Positions 38,348 to 49,613 of a DNA stretch of 49,613 bases are shown piece by piece. The notes beneath the pieces were generated by a model. That model was not told where the DNA came from. It searched no databases and saw only the letters and a list, made by a program, of their open reading frames with translations. Source of the stretch: Chiloscyllium plagiosum (taxonomy: Eukaryota). Made by a program: the position numbers and the translations under genes. How positions within the stretch are numbered: the first letter of the stretch is position 1; every line of letters starts with the position of its first letter. The DNA lies in NCBI RefSeq assembly GCF_004010195.1, contig NC_057718.1:61307145-61356757 (forward strand), written 5' to 3'.

Positions 38348-38475
38348 TAAGGAGAAAGTGAGGACTGCAGATGCTGGAGATCAGAGCTGAAAATGTGTTG
38401 CTGGAAAAGCGCAGCAGGTCAGGCAGCATCCAAGGAGCAGGAGAATCAACGTTTCAGGCATGAGCCCTTCTTCAG
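38348..38475 (-). mobile_element. Short Penelope-type element with hammerhead core and 10-bp TSD AGATTTTGAA
   Basis: TSDs at 38338-38347 and 38474-38483; the minus strand reads CTGAAGA-A-GGGC-TCAT-GCCT-GAAAC-GTT; nearly identical to 49467-49592. Confidence 0.9.
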
Positions 38476-40614
38476 ATTTTGAACAAAATCTAGCAGCTCA
38501 AACTTGTCACCCTATCAGCAGCAGTAGATTTATATTTCAACACAATCTGCAACCTCATGGCCAGGATAACCCCTCATTGTTTCATAACCATTCAGTCAAG
38601 GAACTTTCAGTGCCTTGATTGAGCATAGAGTTCCTGATAGCAATGAACACCCCAATGCTCTTGGAAGGTGCCTGATGAAAAGTGCCACTTCAAACTGTTC
38701 TGGCTTTCTGAAAGCACAGGATGACTCTGATGCCCCCACATAATGCCTGAGCTTCCAATAAATTGTGGTGGGCTCAGCAAACATGGGTGTCAATTACCCA
38801 TTAATGAATCTAATTGGCAATTTGCCATTGAAGGTCATGAAGCCACCTCAACCCCTTTGGCTCTCTGGTCAGAACAAAAAAATTCTATTACCAGGAGCCT
38901 GATGCTTGACCCTCTCCCATGATTACATGAGTCTGGCTGCATTGGGTCCTATCACATCGAACTGGATTAAATCCTCATCCCATTATGATACCTGCAATTA
39001 TCATTGAGCAAATCAAATTCCAGCTCAAACAATTGAAATCACAATACGAAAGGTTTTCATTGAAATAGAGAAACCTTTAAAAGAAGTGAACAAATTGAAA
39101 GGATTCCAAACACTGCATTTCAGAAACAATCAAATGTTTCACTGTTATAAACTTTAAAAGATAGTCAGACTTTGTTACCGTCTTTAATGGTTCTGAGCTG
39201 ATTTGATGACAGCTTTGTGTATTCTCAGATGTCATCCTCAAACTCATTTTCTGCCTGCCCACAACAAAATGTCATGTTGGTTTCAAAATGAACAGAAAAT
39301 TTTAAACCATTAAATAACCATTCTTGACAACTAATGAGATGTGAATAATGTGACGAGCAAAGGGATAATATCTTTGCATCAATTTGGATGGGATTGACGA
39401 TATGCTTTGCCAAAACAATACCAGGAACTGAATGTCCCCAATAGACCAACAGGAATTAGACCTGTATAGACAGGCTGCTTCAGTTGTGGCATCAATTGCA
39501 GTGTTTTCCCAGATGAACTCCACTGGCACCTTATGGAATTTGCCACCACTATCTTGTGGCACTAATTGTTTGGGGTAGTTCACTGCCACAAATCTTCCAT
39601 CGGTTTGCCTTGGGTCTATCTCAATATTATTTGTAGAGGGTGCATCACTGAGATGCCGCAGAATTTAACAGATATCATGTTCTCAGATAACAGATAACAT
39701 GATAGCAATAGTGCAACTACATTTGGTTAGGCATATATTCTAGGACCTTAGGGAGATGGTACTGATACATTTGCTCTCTCTGAAAGCTGGAGTAGAACTC
39801 CTTGGTTCCACTTACAGTGTGTGTGTGTGAATAGGTAGAATAGTTAGAGCGAGTTGTAGCATGAACATTAACCCCTTCGGAGCATTACCTTATACAACAT
39901 CAATCACAGATGAAAGCTGACTCGCTACAAAAAAGTAGTGATAGCAGAAAATGTATAATAGACTTTGGGAAATAGAAGTGTAAGTGAGATATTTTACAAA
40001 AGCACACGCTGCTATTTTTTGCAAAGGATAAAAACACCAGGACCCAACTGTTTAAATTCGACCACTGAGGTACTTCCAAAAATGAACAAAGGTAGAAGGG
40101 AATTATAAAGGAGTAACTGGACTGAGCTCTCTTTATATTTAGAGAAAGAGATAAATAGCATCTCCAACTTATAATGAAAATTACAATGATAGATGTCAAT
40201 GCAATAAAAGGAAATATATTTTTTAAAATCCATTCAAGTTATATATTTTCTGACCAAGTGAGACAAAAGTATAGTTGGTGTGCTATGTTCTGTATCTGAT
40301 GAACAAGGGAGAAGACCTGATGATGGGAGGTCGAAGCTGCAGACAAATAATAACCTGAATGTCTCAGGAGCTGGTTTCATTGTTTTCCCCAAATACAGTA
40401 AAAGGTTTTTGGTCAGTAGACAATGCAGCTATTGGGAACTAAAACGGATCACCCTGAAAACAAGCCCAGGAATTATTGTTTTTAAACCATACCCATCAAT
40501 TATTATACGACAGTCCACCATAGTCATGTTATAATGACCATGCTAGTGTCGTGTTCATGTCATTGTGATGAGTAAACCGGACAGCCATTGCAGAATAGAA
40601 ACCGGTTGAACACT

Positions 40615-40732
40615 GGTTGTTAACTGTTCACTGAAATAGCTAAGCTAGTCATTCAGTTCAAGGGCAATTAGAGATGATCAACAAGTATTGGCCTTATCAG
40701 CAATGCCCACATCCCTTGAAAAAATAAAGAAA
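40615..40732 (+). mobile_element. Truncated SINE-like element joining LINE 5'-UTR sequence to the LINE 3' tail
   Basis: CTGAAATAGCTAAGCTAGTCATTCAGTT resembles ~36401-36430; CAAGGGCAATTAGAGATG..CCCACATCCCTTGAA resembles ~43170-43232. Confidence 0.65.
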
Positions 40733-40740
40733 GATTACTT

Positions 40741-41096
40741 ATCATAGAAGTATCATAGAATCCCTACAGTATGGAAACAGGCTATTTGGCCCAACAAGTC
40801 CACACTAACCCTCCAAAGTGTAACCCACCCGGACCCATTCTCCTTACCCTATTACAGAACATTTACCTGTAACTAATGCACCTAACCTACACGTTCCCAA
40901 ACAGAATGGACAATTTAGCATGGCCAATTCACCTAACACACATCTTCGGATTGTGGGAGGAATCTGGAGCACCCAGAGGAAACCCATGCAGACACAGGGA
41001 GAATGTGCAAATTCCACACAAACAGTCACCCAAGGCTGGAAACGAACCCTGGCACTGTGAAGTTGCAGTGCTAAACACTAAGCCATCATGCCACCC
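40741..41096 (-). mobile_element. HE1-type SINE
   Basis: Colinear with the other HE1 copies, tail ATCATAGAATCCCTACAG. Confidence 0.92.
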
Positions 41097-41991
41097 ATGA
41101 ATATACATCCTGGCACCACTTGAAAATGATTTGCCATTATTTTAATCTACCGAACAGGTGGTAAAGACACTCTTCCAAATCCAACAGTCCTTTTTAAAAA
41201 TGAGATGTCAACCTAGTGAGGTTACAACATGGGACTACTTGCATACCAGATGGTGTAAGCAGTAAATGACAGGCAGGAATAAGTGATCCCATAACCAATG
41301 GATCAGATGTAAGCTCTGCCATCTTGTCACATCTAATCATGAATGATGGTGGACAATCAAACCAATACAAGAAGAAGAGGATCCATAAATATCTTCATCC
41401 TTAATAATGGGAGAGGTCGGCACAACAGTGCAAAAGTTAAGTCAAAAGCATTTACAACAATCTTCATCCAGAAGTGCCAAGTGGATGATGCATCTCAGTC
41501 TTCCCCAGAGATCCCGAGCATCAAAGACTTGATTCACTCCACATGATATCAAGAAATGGCTTGAGGCACTTGATACTGCAAGGGCTAATGGCCCTGACAA
41601 CGTTCTGACCACAATATTGTGCTCCAGGACTAACTGTGCCCTTTGCCAAACTGTGCCAGTACAGCTAAAACACTGGCATTTATCCAACCATGTGGAAAAT
41701 TGTCCAGGTATGCCCTGTACACAAAGTACAGTTACTGCCCCATCACCCTCAACAATGCTATAAAGCAGCACATGCTTAGAAATAACCTGCTCATTAAAGC
41801 GAGGTTTAGGTTCAGCCAAGGATACATAGCTCGTGACTTGTCATAGTCCTGGTTTAAATATGGACAAACAGCTGAGATCCAGAAGTAAGGTGAGAGTGAC
41901 TGCCCTTGATATGAACTGAATGTGGCATCAAGGAGCCATTGTAAAATGGAGAAAACGGGAAAAATTCTCCACTGGTTGGAGTCATACCTAG

Positions 41992-42090
41992 CATTTTTGG
42001 CAAATAGGATCAAGGAGAATCCAAAGGGTTTTTACAAATGCATGAAGGACAAAAGACTAACTAGGGAGAGAATAGGGCCCCTCAAAGATC
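41992..42090 (+). mobile_element. Start of a nested CR1 (HER1-type) fragment running into the gap
   Basis: LANRIKENPKGFYKCMKDKRLTRERIGPLKD is a typical vertebrate CR1 ORF2 motif. Confidence 0.85.
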
Positions 42091-42590
42091 NNNNNNNNNN
42101 NNNNNNNNNNNNNNNNNNNNNNNNNNNNNNNNNNNNNNNNNNNNNNNNNNNNNNNNNNNNNNNNNNNNNNNNNNNNNNNNNNNNNNNNNNNNNNNNNNNN
42201 NNNNNNNNNNNNNNNNNNNNNNNNNNNNNNNNNNNNNNNNNNNNNNNNNNNNNNNNNNNNNNNNNNNNNNNNNNNNNNNNNNNNNNNNNNNNNNNNNNNN
42301 NNNNNNNNNNNNNNNNNNNNNNNNNNNNNNNNNNNNNNNNNNNNNNNNNNNNNNNNNNNNNNNNNNNNNNNNNNNNNNNNNNNNNNNNNNNNNNNNNNNN
42401 NNNNNNNNNNNNNNNNNNNNNNNNNNNNNNNNNNNNNNNNNNNNNNNNNNNNNNNNNNNNNNNNNNNNNNNNNNNNNNNNNNNNNNNNNNNNNNNNNNNN
42501 NNNNNNNNNNNNNNNNNNNNNNNNNNNNNNNNNNNNNNNNNNNNNNNNNNNNNNNNNNNNNNNNNNNNNNNNNNNNNNNNNNNNNNNNNN
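42091..42590. other. Assembly gap (500 N)
   Basis: Run of N; the round length suggests a fixed scaffolding spacer. Confidence 0.99.
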
Positions 42591-43257
42591 CATTCAATGG
42601 CTTTGTCCCGACTGAATCCCCCATTATCAATGTCCTGGCAGTTTCCACTGACAAGAAACTGAATGAATTAACCATATAAATGACTACAAGAGCAGGTTAG
42701 AGGCTAGGAATTCTGTAACTCACCTGACTCCCCAAAGTCTATCCATCATCTATAAAACACAAGTCTGGATTATGATGGAATACTCCCCATTTGCCTGGAT
42801 GTGTGCAGCTCCAACAACACTCAAGAAACTTGACACCATTCAGGACAAAGCATCCACAAGCATCCACTCCCTCCACCAGCAGTGCATACTATCCTAAGAT
42901 GCACTGCAGAAATTCAACAAGACTTCTTAGGCAGCTCCTTCCAAACCTGTGACTACTATCACCAAGAAGGACAAGAGCAGCAGATACATGAGAACACCAC
43001 CACCTGCAAGTTCCCCGACAAGCTACTAACCATCCTGACTTAAAAATATATTACCACTCCGTCAATGTCACTGACTCAAAATCTTGGAACTCCCTCCCTA
43101 ATGGCATTCCAGTCTACCTATGCCAAGTGGACTGTAGCATTTTGACAAGGTAGCTCACCACCACCTTCTCAAGGGCCACTAGGAATGGGTAATATCAGCA
43201 GGTTCAACCAGCAACACTCCCATCCTCTGAATGTAATTTTTAAAAATGTTGTGCTGC

Positions 43258-43360
43258 CCTACTGCATTCCCAGCTAAGATCAACTAGCTCAGCACAGTCA
43301 GAGATTCAAATTTGGGTCTTCCAACTACTTCCTGGCTAAATCAACTAAGCCATTAGGGAC
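43258..43360 (-). mobile_element. Ancient tRNA-derived SINE head (UCON3-like, tentative)
   Basis: The minus strand has A-box-like TGGCTTAGTTG, B-box-like TTTGAATC, then CTGTGCTGAGCTAGTTGATCTTAGCTGGG. Confidence 0.4.
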
Positions 43361-46300
43361 TTGAGGTTAATTATTTATGTATGTCATTACAAGCATATTG
43401 GTTCATTTAAAATTATTACCTTCGTATAATGATATAATATGTATCTTTCAAATACTTTTAATTTTTATGGGACTACTTGCAATAAATATTCATCCACCTT
43501 TTGTTCCTTCATTCCACCTCATCCTGTCATTCCCACCTATACTCAGTCAGACATTTTGGATCCCTTCAACCAATCTGTTGTCAGCCACATACTTAGATAC
43601 TATTGACTAATAACTCACCAGGAATTAAAAGGAAGTAAAAGTATTGATTTGGACCTTCCAACAGCAGAGAAATGAAGTAAAAAGAAGCATTGATTACAAC
43701 AGTGATTTACCCAACCAATGAGTGAATATACACAGGTTTACTGCAGGCTTAAATTATCAGTCAATCCAATCCTACTCCAAGTGCAATTTTACATCCTTGC
43801 TTACTGATTTTTTTATGTATTTCTACTAATCAATTTGTGCATTACTTTCCAGCCTAAATAAATCATAGTAATCGTTTTACTCCATCTGTCTCTATCTTTA
43901 CTTTTATTCACTAACAAAACAACCTTTTCCTAATGAGAAAAATGATTAGAATTTCCTCAACCAAAGTTGAAATGTTTCATTAATTAGTGTTGTAGTAATA
44001 AATCAATACAACCAAGCATCTGACTGATTTTGTTAGTGGGTGGGTGGGTATTGGTTAGAGAGGGTTGGGTGAAGAGCTTTAATGTATTATTTTACTGCAC
44101 GGTTAAATTGGGTCTACCACTGTGAGCCAAAATGGTTATCACAGTGGCTAATGTCTAGATTGCAGGGATTTCAGAAATGTCACAGTCTATGTCTTGATGC
44201 ACTTAATAACTGCTAAAACAAGTCATATTAAAATATTTGAAGATTAAACAATCAAGTTGAGTTATCAGTCAGATATTACTCACAATTTTGTTGTTTTCTG
44301 TTTGATATGTCAGGGTTATAAGATTAGAAATTGCTGTTCCCTACATTAGGAGACAAATGATTAGCATATTGCTTTGACATTTTATTCTGTTCACTAGTTT
44401 AGTGAAGCTATTAACTCATTTAAAATAAATGGGATAATGCCAGTATTAACACCAAACAAAAGAATATCATGTGTTCAGTCTTCATTCACTAATATTGTTA
44501 GCATTAATTTCTCACCCATAGTTACCAAAATTGATAATTAAAGGGTCAAGCTAATTTTATATATATTCTGAACATTAAAATAAGTTCTTTGCAATTTCAT
44601 TTGTAATGCAGATAATGATAGTTAATATATTATAGGAATCAGTGTATCATTGGCATAAGGTGAAACATATTCTTCCAGTCGTCTTACAAGTTGTGAAGCA
44701 TAATACTGAAAAGCCAAGGTGACTAATCTTGAATCTATCATAGAACATGCAAATTCAATCACTGACATACAATCAGGCCCCCATGGCTCAACATTAATAT
44801 TCTTTCTTCTCAAAAAAATCAACACAATATTTGATTATTTCATCAATGAACCTTACAATTAATATGTTCAGAGGCAGCAATCTAAGCTGTGCCTTTGCAG
44901 GAATTATAAAACATTTTGCCTTCATATTACACTGCCCAAAGTCACATTTCTGATTGCATTGTTAGGATATTAAATTCACTTGAATGTTGTAAAAAAAAAT
45001 CAGCATAATCCAAATATATCACAATTGTAAATGTGAATTTATTTACTGATTTCCATGTAAAGGTATGCAGCAAACTACTATGTAAAAGCACCATTTGACT
45101 GAAGCACTTCACAAGTATTGGATGTTGCTAGGTTACCAGAAAATTGAATGGACCATTGCCAATGATGAATTAACTGATGAGGCTTGGTGACAGTAATCTT
45201 TGTCACTGGATGCAGCAGTTGTATAAGCTCTGTCATATCTTCTGGCTCACGCAAACCAGATGTAGCTAAACTGAAATGTCAACCACAGACATATAAAAAG
45301 TTCAAAACAAGGCTGATAACTTTCAGATATACATTATACAGATGACTCCCTCGAAGGGAAGGAGAAACATTCAAAAGGCAGTGATTATTTCTTGTGAAGC
45401 TTTAAAGGAAAAGTGGATCACTTTGCTTGCACTGCCAAAAAATGTTTCAAATGTGGCATTGAGATGTGCTGGGCATGGGAAGAGAAAGGGTGAAAAGTTA
45501 GGTTTGCTAGTACCTGTATTTTATCTCAATGTTTGAGGGACAACTCAAGACAGACACTATATTGATACATGTGCAGTAATGTATCAAGGAAGCATGCAGA
45601 GCCTGCAGCTTGTCATATCAATAAATATGTAACACTGGTTTGACACTATTGGTTCCAACAGTGGTGCTCGATACTCCAGCGAAAGTCTCTTTTTAACACC
45701 ATGCAGCTAAATCCACAGCCTATCGCAGACTGAGCTTCTCGCCCCTTCTTACATCCTGCTCTACTCTCAAAAATATCTATTGACAGGTATCATGAACTAG
45801 TTCAAAATTACTTACAGATCATCCTCTAGATTTTACCATTGTTTAGTGCTAAATTTGTTTCAAGTCACAATGCAAATTTCTACAGGAAGTAGTGTGACAT
45901 GTGCTGAAGTACTTTCTGATGATTTCAAGGATACTGTCCCTTCCAAGGTATAAGTGCATTGGTTGGCATTCCCCTTTGGAGTACATCCTAACTTAGACAG
46001 TGAACAGAGGTCACACAGAAAGGGATGAACTGCAGGAAAAGGTAGGAAGAAGGGGGAATATCCTTTCAGGAGGAGACCATAAGTCATCAGGACATTCAGG
46101 GAGATAATCCCAAACTGATCCCCAAAAGGCAACAATGTGTGAGCTGTTGGCATTTCACTAAGGATGTCTTCACCAGTAGTAACCACAACTGCAACCTCAA
46201 AAGACCAAATTTACAATGACTGGTGGCGATTTATTAAATATATGACTTCTTCCTGGCTGAAGGGAGAAATCAAAATAAACAACCCCTTCTTGTCTGGTTT

Positions 46301-46709
46301 GAATTCATCACAGCATAGCACCAGTAACTGTAACACAAATTTCTCATTCAATAGCCCAATAGCCTCAACTGTTATCTTCCATCTGTCACTGATCGCCACA
46401 GTGTTCACTTGATCACAATGAAACAATGTAAGTTCACCGCAGAATAAATTTATCGAAATAAATTTATCAATGAAACCATGACATGCTGCAGGCAAAAATC
46501 AAGTAATCACTCCATATACTCCTGCAGTACTTGCTTTTCATGTGTCTTTGCCTGTCTCATATAAGGACTACAACATGACTGATGGACATCTGCTGTTGCT
46601 CAGTGAAGGAAACTGTCAATAGTCTGGAAGGACAACCATGAGCTGCTCTGGGTTTGAAGGCTTGACTTCAAATATCATCGAGACTGGTAGAATGGCAGAG
46701 CTGGGAGGA

Positions 46710-46848
46710 GAAATAAAACAAAGAATGGCAGATGCTGGAATAATTCTGAGAAAAAGTCACAGGAACTGAAACGTTAGTTAACTCTGTTTCCAGTACACGA
46801 ATACTACCAGACCTGCTGAATTTCTCCAGCAATGTCTGCCTTTATTTT
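46710..46848 (+). mobile_element. Short Penelope-type fragment
   Basis: GCAGATGCTGGAA..CTGAGAA..CTGAAACGTT..AACTCTG..CCAGACCTGCTGAATTTCTCCAGCA. Confidence 0.65.
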
Positions 46849-47830
46849 GCAGGATGATGAATGCTGTTTTTCTGAGTGAAGACAGCAGTTTCATGCTCAA
46901 GTTGCCACTACGTCAGCTACAATATTCAAAGTAGCTGGAATAAGTGCAGGCTAAATGTACACAGTGGAGGATACATTTAAATGGTGGTCTCCAATCTGGT
47001 TCTTCTGGTTGAGGTTGAATTCCACGATGCCCAGTAGTCTCCTCTGCTGAAAATCAACAGCATTATACCAAACAGTGAACAACAAGCTTCGTCTTAACAG
47101 GGTGGAAGATGTCATGGAAATCAACAGTCTGCATTCATTCAATGGTTTTAGGGGATAATCTGATACTGTGATTCATTCTGTCCTGTTGAGGAGCTTTCCA
47201 ATTTTGCCCTAGATCCATTTAGTTTACATGAAAATATTCTATTCTTTTATAATTTGATAAATGTCACCTTGGCTCACAGAATATTAGCTCCATGGTTCAA
47301 AGGAGCAAGAGCATTAATGCTGTGGCAGCTCCCTTATCCGTGACCAATTTCTCTTGTAGATGTATCTTTGTGGGTACCACTTGAAGTAGATTTATGCAGA
47401 CTACAATAAGCGTAATATTCACAAGAATTCATTCTGACAAATATAATGTGCAATTGTTATCTGGTGTAACCAAATGCTAATGTTTAAAATGTTCTGCATT
47501 CTTTTTAAGCTTGCTCAGATTTGAAATATGATTTTTTTTCTTTTTGTTCCATTATTTCAGCATTTTATACTCTTATCTTGATATTAATTTATATTTAATA
47601 GTAACCAATGCCATCTCACCAAACAACAAAACATACAAAACATATGGAGCTGAAATATCCACTCCATAATTGGCAGAGACCATGATGAGTAACTTGGGAA
47701 AATCTGGCGAGAATGAAAATATCAGATTCCAATCATTGAGAAATTTTCCCCTTGTGTTTAAATGGTGAATTCATAATCTTCCTAATGACCAATATTTATT
47801 TCCATTTATTGCTATCTTATTACGAGCTAA

Positions 47831-48172
47831 CATAAAATCCCTACAGTGTGGAAGGAGACCACACAGCCCATTGAATCCATACCCACCGTCCGAAGAGCAT
47901 CCCATACAGACCCAGCCCCCTACCCTATCCCCGTAACCCTGCACTTCCCATGGCTAATCCACCAAATCTACGCATCCCTGGATACTATGGACAATTTAGC
48001 ATGGCCAATCCCATCCACACATCTTTGAATTGTGGGAGGAAACCGGAGCACCCAGAGAAAATGCATGCAAACGCATGGATGTACAAACTCCACACGGACA
48101 GTCTCCTGAGGCTGGAATTGAACCCTGGTGCCCGGTGATATGAAACAGCAGTGCTAACCCCTGAGCCACCAT
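47831..48172 (-). mobile_element. HE1-type SINE
   Basis: Colinear with the other copies; the minus strand has A-box TGGCTCAGGGG and B-box GGTTCAATTCC. Confidence 0.92.
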
Positions 48173-48254
48173 GAGCTAATCTCACCTCATTTCTGTGCAA
48201 CTAAGGTCAGGTGGCTTTTGAGGTTTCAGTCCCATCAACACTTGCTATCCAAGT

Positions 48255-48380
48255 ACAGAAATTGTTGGAGAAACTCAGCAGGTCTGGCAGCACCTGAGGA
48301 GAGAAATCGGAGTTAAAATTTTGAGTCCAGCAACTCTTCTTCTGCAGACCTTCAGCATCTGCAGTTCCTGGTTTGATTTA
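48255..48380 (-). mobile_element. Short Penelope-type fragment
   Basis: GGAGAAACTCAGCAGGTCTGGCAGCA..GAGTTAA..CTCTTCTTC..CAGCATCTGCAG; weak TATCCAA flanking repeat. Confidence 0.65.
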
Positions 48381-48399
48381 TGGTATCCAAATGTTGTGC

Positions 48400-49440
48400 A
48401 GTAAAGTTTCCCATGACAGGCAGCTGATTGAGAGCAATGGTGTGGCATCTCCTTTCCATCACCCTGTCCTCCAGCCCCTTCAGGTTCCTGTTGATAAAGT
48501 GAGGGGCTAACTTGATTTTTCGATGCCCTGCCTTGCGGTGCCTGAAGTGCTGCGAAGCTGGGGGCTTAAGTGTGACACTACAATAATGGCTGATCTGATG
48601 ATGGCCAGATCACTTCAAATATAATTGTTGGCCAAAGAATTAATCTCAATTTTGATCAGCTACCAGTTAAGAATATGATGATGCTGGTTTGTGAAGTTTA
48701 AGGCTTTTGTTTAGTGGGCCTGGGTGCAAGTTGATGTTGAACATTCCTTTTGACAAATGCAGTTTCCCCTCCATTCAAGCCACCCCTCAGTATAAATGAC
48801 AGCTATCACAGATCCATTAAAGGAAGGTTAACAAAGTGTTCATTGTACTCAGGATCTCTGTTCCAGTGATCACAAGGTTCGGAGGGTCCTCACTCCAGGT
48901 CAGTCAACAAGACTAAATCAGTGGCAGGAATGACTGCTGGACCTATTCCATGGAGAGTTGTGAATCTGTAAGCTTTTCTTGCTGAGGCCAATGTAGCACT
49001 CCTGTTCCTCCTCACTCCACAAAGAAGGTTGAATATGTAAATAAAATCTCACCATTAATGAACCTCTTCTGGTTTTGTTCAATGGCTGCTGACTTGACCG
49101 GTGTGAGACCTGAGGACCTGGCTGCAGTGCAGCAAAACATCATTGACCCTGCTTGGGGACCCAATGTAGCTAAATGCATTTCCACATGCCATCTTTTACT
49201 CACTGCAGATCAACCTTAATGCAGCACTCTATTATCACTCTCTCAGCAACACCTAACATTCAGAAACTCTACCTCATCCTCACATACTTACCAATGATGT
49301 CAGCTGTACATCATTTCTCAGTCTTTTCGCTGACCTCAAGCTATTTGTTTATGGCTGGCATATCATCAAGCACCTTACAGCACACTCATTGATTTTCTCA
49401 TGCAGCAATGAGAACATTGAGCAAGTATCAGTATTCAACC
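48400..49440. mobile_element. Harbinger Myb/SANT-like relics in both orientations
   Basis: The minus strand at ~48440-48510 gives APHFINRNLKGLEDRVMERR. The plus strand at ~49113 gives RTWLQCSK, followed by a C/T-rich intron-like tract ending TTTTCTCATGCAG. Confidence 0.45.
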
Positions 49441-49466
49441 CTTCAAGCCTGCTCTTCCATTGAAGA

Positions 49467-49613
49467 AGGAGAAAGTGAGGTCTGCAGATGCTGGAGATCA
49501 GAGCTGAAAATGTGTTGCTGGAAAAGCGCAGCAGGTCAGGCAGCATCCAGGGAACAGGAGAATCGACATTTCGGGCATAAGCCCTTCTTCAGGAATGAGG
49601 AAAGTTTGTCCAG
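49467..49613 (-). mobile_element. Penelope-type terminal repeat with the best-preserved hammerhead core; continues beyond the window
   Basis: The minus strand at 49592-49565 reads CTGAAGA-A-GGGC-TTAT-GCCC-GAAA-T-GTC. Confidence 0.88.

Larger units (their letters stand above)
41330..43240 (+). mobile_element. CR1-clade LINE ORF2 RT to 3' end, interrupted by a second CR1 and an assembly gap
   Basis: WWTIK, DIKKWLEALDTARANGPDNV, CAPGL, WKIVQVCPVH, KQHMLRNNLL..FRF, RVTALD and LHWLESYL; after the gap IYKTQVWIMMEYSP.AW and KSWNSLP. Confidence 0.88.

Noticed and set aside
41922..42675. Long ORFs of 178-246 aa
   Set aside because: Artefacts of translating the 500-N gap.

Overview
This is eukaryotic, repeat-rich, non-coding DNA, almost certainly from a shark; the repeat families resemble those of bamboo sharks (Chiloscyllium), which is an inference. 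I found no intact protein-coding gene, rRNA, tRNA or CRISPR array. The ORF track consists of chance ORFs or transposon fossils. The window is a mosaic of decayed mobile elements: a Ty3/Gypsy gag-pol relic, CR1-clade, L2 and Rex1/Babar LINE fragments, five HE1-type tRNA-SINEs and a Deu-domain SINE. It also holds several PIF/Harbinger relics with an intron-containing Myb/SANT-like gene, and many short Penelope-type elements with minimal hammerhead-ribozyme cores, two of them as long inverted repeats. Other features are a near-identical 1,939-bp tandem duplication (13762-17639), a 500-N assembly gap, a ~5-kb stretch without recognisable transposons (about 31-35.9 kb) and an unidentified fossil reading frame at 45860-46537 (-). 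All family calls are by-eye motif recognition, not database searches, and element boundaries are approximate.
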